This document shows, piece by piece, positions 60,310 to 64,000 of a stretch of 64,000 bases of DNA; within the stretch, counting starts at the first letter, position 1, and each line of letters begins with the position of its first letter. This stretch comes from the human T2T-CHM13v2.0 reference genome, Homo sapiens. The DNA is taken from the NCBI RefSeq assembly GCF_009914755.1, contig NC_060927.1. One strand, 5' to 3'. The notes under the pieces are model-generated. The model saw nothing but the letters and a program-made list of their open reading frames with translations. It was not told the DNA's origin and searched no databases. Both the position numbers and the translations under genes were made by a program.

Positions 60310-60560
60310 CTAACAGCAGCCACAACAGCCTGCAATCATAGCGTGCTTACATAATACCAGGTACTCTTGCAAATGCTTCATATGTATTATCTCATTTAGT
60401 TCTTAAAAAGCCCTACAAGGTAGGCACTAATATTAAAATTAGTCCCATTTTATAGATGAAGAAGGCACGGGAGTTGAGCTAACTTGCCTAAAGTGGCCTT
60501 GTAAGCAACAAAGCTGGGCTTTAAACCCAGGCAGGCTGAATCCAAAGCGGAATTGCCTTG
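60310..60560. mobile_element. MIR
   Basis: CCCATTTTATAGATGAAGAA...AACTTGCCTAAAG...TTTAAACCCAGGCAG. Confidence 0.75.
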
Positions 60561-61699
60561 CCCTACCACCTCCCACCTTCCAGTCACAGGGAAACACAGA
60601 GAGCAATACTGCATACTAGCACTTCCCAACCCTGGTTCCTAATCCATGTGCCTCAGTTTTCTTGGAGGTCTTTGAGTAATTTTCAGAGTTTCCAAAAGTT
60701 TCAGTGGAAACATACAAACATGCAATTATTAATAGATCACAAATTTTTTAGGTTGGAATCCACTATTAACAACAGGTTAGCTCAGGTTTTGAGAAAGCTC
60801 TGATTGGTAATTGCATATACAAAAACATTGCAGGTTTTTGTTTTTGTTTTTTTTAAGTGGGAAGATGAATCATTACTTAATAAATGCAGTTTAGTTGAGT
60901 AGATCTTTCTGAACACATGGCATATGGAGGAAGAATAAAGGGTGCTTGGCTTTGAGGAGGTTGGGAAATGCTAATATACATGTGTATGCATGTTGCCCAA
61001 ACTGTCGGCCTTCAAAACTCTTCCTTTTATTTTTAAATAACATGATTATTTAATTTGACCTGGAGTCAATATATTTTTCCCTCATTATTTAAAATGTTTT
61101 GTTGGCTTTATATTTAATATTGGAATCTATTCATCAAGTGATCACATTCTTAAAACATGGTCAGGAACTGGGATGCAGAATTGCAAGTACTGTAGATTCC
61201 TGGCTGAAAACGTAAAGAATTGACTTTTTAATCCTTTTAAGCTGTGGCCTTGAATTTTTTTTTTTTTTTAAGAAAATTTAAGAATAAGACTCTACTGTCA
61301 AAACACAGGGAACATGGACGATTTAAAAAAAAAAACACCTGTCCATTATTCGTGCATTAGCTCCACATGGCCAGCTTGTGGCAGGCCCTCTCTGAATACT
61401 TTTTCAATGAGCAGCCCCTGGATCTTGGAAGAAAGATGCCAGCGGCCAGGGCCCTTCATTTAAAGAAGAGGACTGGGTCTTTTGCGTGAAATAGTTTCTG
61501 TGCCACGTTGGGAAAAATCTATCTAGGCCTCTCTTGACGGCCATGGAAAAAACACAGGTGACTCCTTATTCCTGAGAATTTGATGCAATTGAAACAGCGA
61601 CTTTCTGCGAATCCAGTGTGCATAGTCTCGAACAGGAGCCCACGGACCCTTCTGCGGCCCGAGGCCTTGTTCTGACAGTCACCAGGCTCTGTGGCCCAG

Positions 61700-62500
61700 A
61701 GTCCTAACTGCGTTGTCCTTCGGCAGGTTCTGAATTGTGTCCTCCCTGAGGAGGCTGAGGCCGCTGCCTCCTTGGTGGGGGGCCCCGGCTGGCCACTGGG
61801 TCGGGCATGGGGCCTTACGGGGCCCTCACGGGTCCCGCCGCCGCCCTCCTGAGGCCTGGTCCTTGGCGCCGCAGTTACCCCAGCCCCGGGCCCGCGGGGC
61901 TGCGGGTCGGGCCGACCTCCTCCCGGACGGGCTGCGTCCTCTGCCCCGCGCCGGGGGCGGGCCGGGCCGGCAGAGCCGAGCCGCCGGCGTCCATTTTCTG
62001 GGCGGTGCTGTGCAGCGCTGCGGCCGGACTCACGGGTCCGGAAGCACCATGGACCCCCGGGGAAACGCGCCGGCGGCGAAGGAGCCGAGCCCCGTAAGTG
62101 CCCCTCGCAGGGTCTTCGCGGGGCCGGGGGCGGGGCGGGGCGAGGCGCGGCCTGCGGGCGCGGCGCCCGTGGCGCCGCCAGCCCGATCGCTCCTCGCTTC
62201 TGGAGGGAGCCGGGAAGCCGGGCTGGGGAAACCCTCGCAAGGGTTGAGCTCTGCAAACGCAGCAGAACCGAGCTGCCCGCGGGGAGGAAGCGCCCGCAGG
62301 TGCCCGGACTCCGGGGCCCGCGCCCGGAGCGGGGCGGGGCGGGGTGGGTTCGGCTGGAGAGTGCGGGCAGGTTGCGCCGCATCCCGTGGCCCAACTGCGC
62401 GGCTGTGCTAGAGGGCGGGGGCCGAGGAGGAATGCGCTCCCGGGGCTGGGGACGTGGTGGGCTCGAGTCCAGCGGGCTCGGGCACTGCTTTGACAGTCAC
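61700..62500. promoter_or_regulatory. ZBTB38: CpG island, alternative ZBTB38 promoter
   Basis: Very GC- and CpG-dense. Multiple GGGGCGGGG Sp1 boxes (62126-62141, 62331-62344) and a YY1-like GTCCATTTT near 61990. Confidence 0.85.
61975..62093 (+). other. ZBTB38: Putative alternative first exon within the CpG island (start approximate)
   Basis: Consensus donor CCC|GTAAGT at 62094, 1.5 kb upstream of the 63571 acceptor. Confidence 0.6.
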
Positions 62501-63654
62501 ACCTCCCGTCTCCTGGATTGGGAATCGGACCCTAGTCCTGACCCTATGGGAACTTGATGATTTCCTTGATGCAACACCAAGCCCCTGGAATTGAAAGGGA
62601 CGTGCAAAGGCAGGGACCTGCCCCCAGGGGTTTGCAGTCTCAGCCGCCTACTTCTGCAGTAGTAAGGTCTGCTCTGTTGGTACAACATACAACACAACCG
62701 CCCGCCGTTAGCCACTTTTTTTATAGGGTACATCATAAATCACCTGAGATTTTAGTCTGTCCGCGGTTCCACTTTATAACTCCTGCACTGCGGTAGGTAA
62801 GTGCCTAATTCCATTCTGGACGTTGGCCCTAATTGAGTATCCCTTCTAAGGATCGATTATAGGTGATATGTGTTATGGTGCCTTATACATATTTTAAAGG
62901 TTAAAGACTTTTCTTCTGTGAAGCTCAACTACTTGGTCAGATTCTCATGGTTACAAAATGTGGAAGAGTTTTGTCCTGGTTTCAGAGAAGCAGCTAGTGA
63001 GTCGCTATATCTAAGTGTAGCGTTTTTCAAGAGTGGGGGACCCATTCTAAGATTGTGGGATCAGTTTAGCGGGTTGCTACTGGAAATCTTCTTAAAGATA
63101 TAGAATATATAGTACAATACAGAGAAGAATAGAAAAAATAACGTGCATTGCACATAGTAAGGGTAAGCATTGTTTTATGAGACTTTTGGTTTTCGGTTTA
63201 TATAATGTAAATTTTTAAAACCGTGGGTCACTGTCTGAAATGTTTTTAAAACCCTGACTTACTGGTTAATAGCCCAGGCCTTGGAATCAATTGAATCTGG
63301 ATTTGAGTCCTAATTGTCACATACACCAGCTGTGTGACCTTGAACAGGTTCCGTGGTCCATTAGAGTCTCCGTTTCTATAGCTGTAAAATGGGGGAATGT
63401 TCCCTACATCTGAAGGTTGTTATGAAGACAACACGAAACCACATATGTCAACCACTTTGTGGGTGTTTGACTTATGTGTTCAATATGTGCTAATTGCAGT
63501 TATTATTGTTGCTAAAAGATGAAATCCTAGCAGCTAGTCATGGGACACTGCACTTTTTTTTTCTTTTTAGATCTTGATGTGGAAGAAATGGAGGACTCAG
63601 AACCAAGGATTTCCAAGTGATTTCTTCCAAAGCACAGGAATCTCACTCTGTTAA
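62049..63654 (+). CDS. Putative spliced uORF, 42 aa, join(62049..62093,63571..63654): MDPRGNAPAAKEPSP-ILMWKKWRTQNQGFPSDFFQSTGISLC
   Basis: GCACCATGG Kozak context; 15 codons end exactly at the donor (phase 0); the frame stays open in the next exon to TAA 63652-63654. Translation is not shown. Confidence 0.4.
63018..63256. mobile_element. hAT-Charlie MITE (MER119-like)
   Basis: CAGTTTAGCGGGTTGC...GTGGGTCAC...TTTAAAACCCTG. Confidence 0.45.
63270..63500. mobile_element. MIR
   Basis: CAGCTGTGTGACCTTGAACAGG...CTGTAAAATGGGG. Confidence 0.7.
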
Positions 63655-63675
63655 AGCTGGTCTGTTCTAACTGAG
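63571..63675 (+). other. ZBTB38: ZBTB38 5'UTR exon (105 nt), last exon in the window
   Basis: Acceptor TTTTTTTTTCTTTTTAG|ATC; donor GAG|GTAACT. Confidence 0.85.
63588..63620 (+). CDS. uORF MEDSEPRISK (10 aa)
   Basis: GAAATGG strong context; TGA 63618-63620. Confidence 0.3.
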   Translation: MEDSEPRISK

Positions 63676-64000
63676 GTAACTAAAGTCGCGTCTCTCCTTA
63701 GTCTACATGAGATAGGAAATGGTCTTTCTGAGGGACTCCCAAAGGGTATATGATTCAAGACAGCAATCCACCAAGTTTTGGGGTTACAAAGTGACCATGA
63801 CACTCAAGTGATATGTTACTGGGAGACCGGATGTGTGAAGCCCCCGTGATGAAGGGGAACTAGGAGATCAAGGCTTTAGGACAGCTGGTTTCTTGTTCCA
63901 GTTCTGTCAGCAATTGTCGTGGGGTCTTTTACATGTCTCTTCACAGATCTCTAGTTTCCCTAGGCTGGAAGGATGCACTGACATTGCTGAGGCCCGGAGA

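Noticed and set aside
61519-62411. Long ORFs of 291 aa (-) and 224 aa (+)
   Set aside because: Pro/Arg/Gly/Ala-rich open frames are expected in a stop-poor CpG island, and no domain is evident. Only the ATG at 62049 up to the donor was retained.

Overview
Human or great-ape genomic DNA rich in Alu, L1, L2, MIR, MaLR and DNA transposons, with no canonical protein-coding exon. I recognise it as the 5' half of ZBTB38 (chr3q23, + strand). This identification rests on recall of the mRNA leader and is not verified by a search. The window holds a non-CpG promoter and first exon (~28150-28440), four small 5'UTR exons (75, 63, 66 and 105 nt) and a CpG-island alternative promoter/first exon (~61.7-62.5 kb). 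The BTB/zinc-finger CDS lies beyond the window. The best leads are: a spliced 42-codon uORF from the CpG-island exon, opened by a strong-Kozak ATG; a leader of frame-preserving exons with self-contained uORFs, one followed by RBFOX/MBNL motifs; a 70-bp templated insertion inside an Alu; a ~255-bp tandem duplication across an L1/Alu junction; and a decayed Ty3/Gypsy-like reverse transcriptase fossil. I found no evidence of a wholly new multi-gene system. The long ORFs in the track are repeat- or GC-derived.
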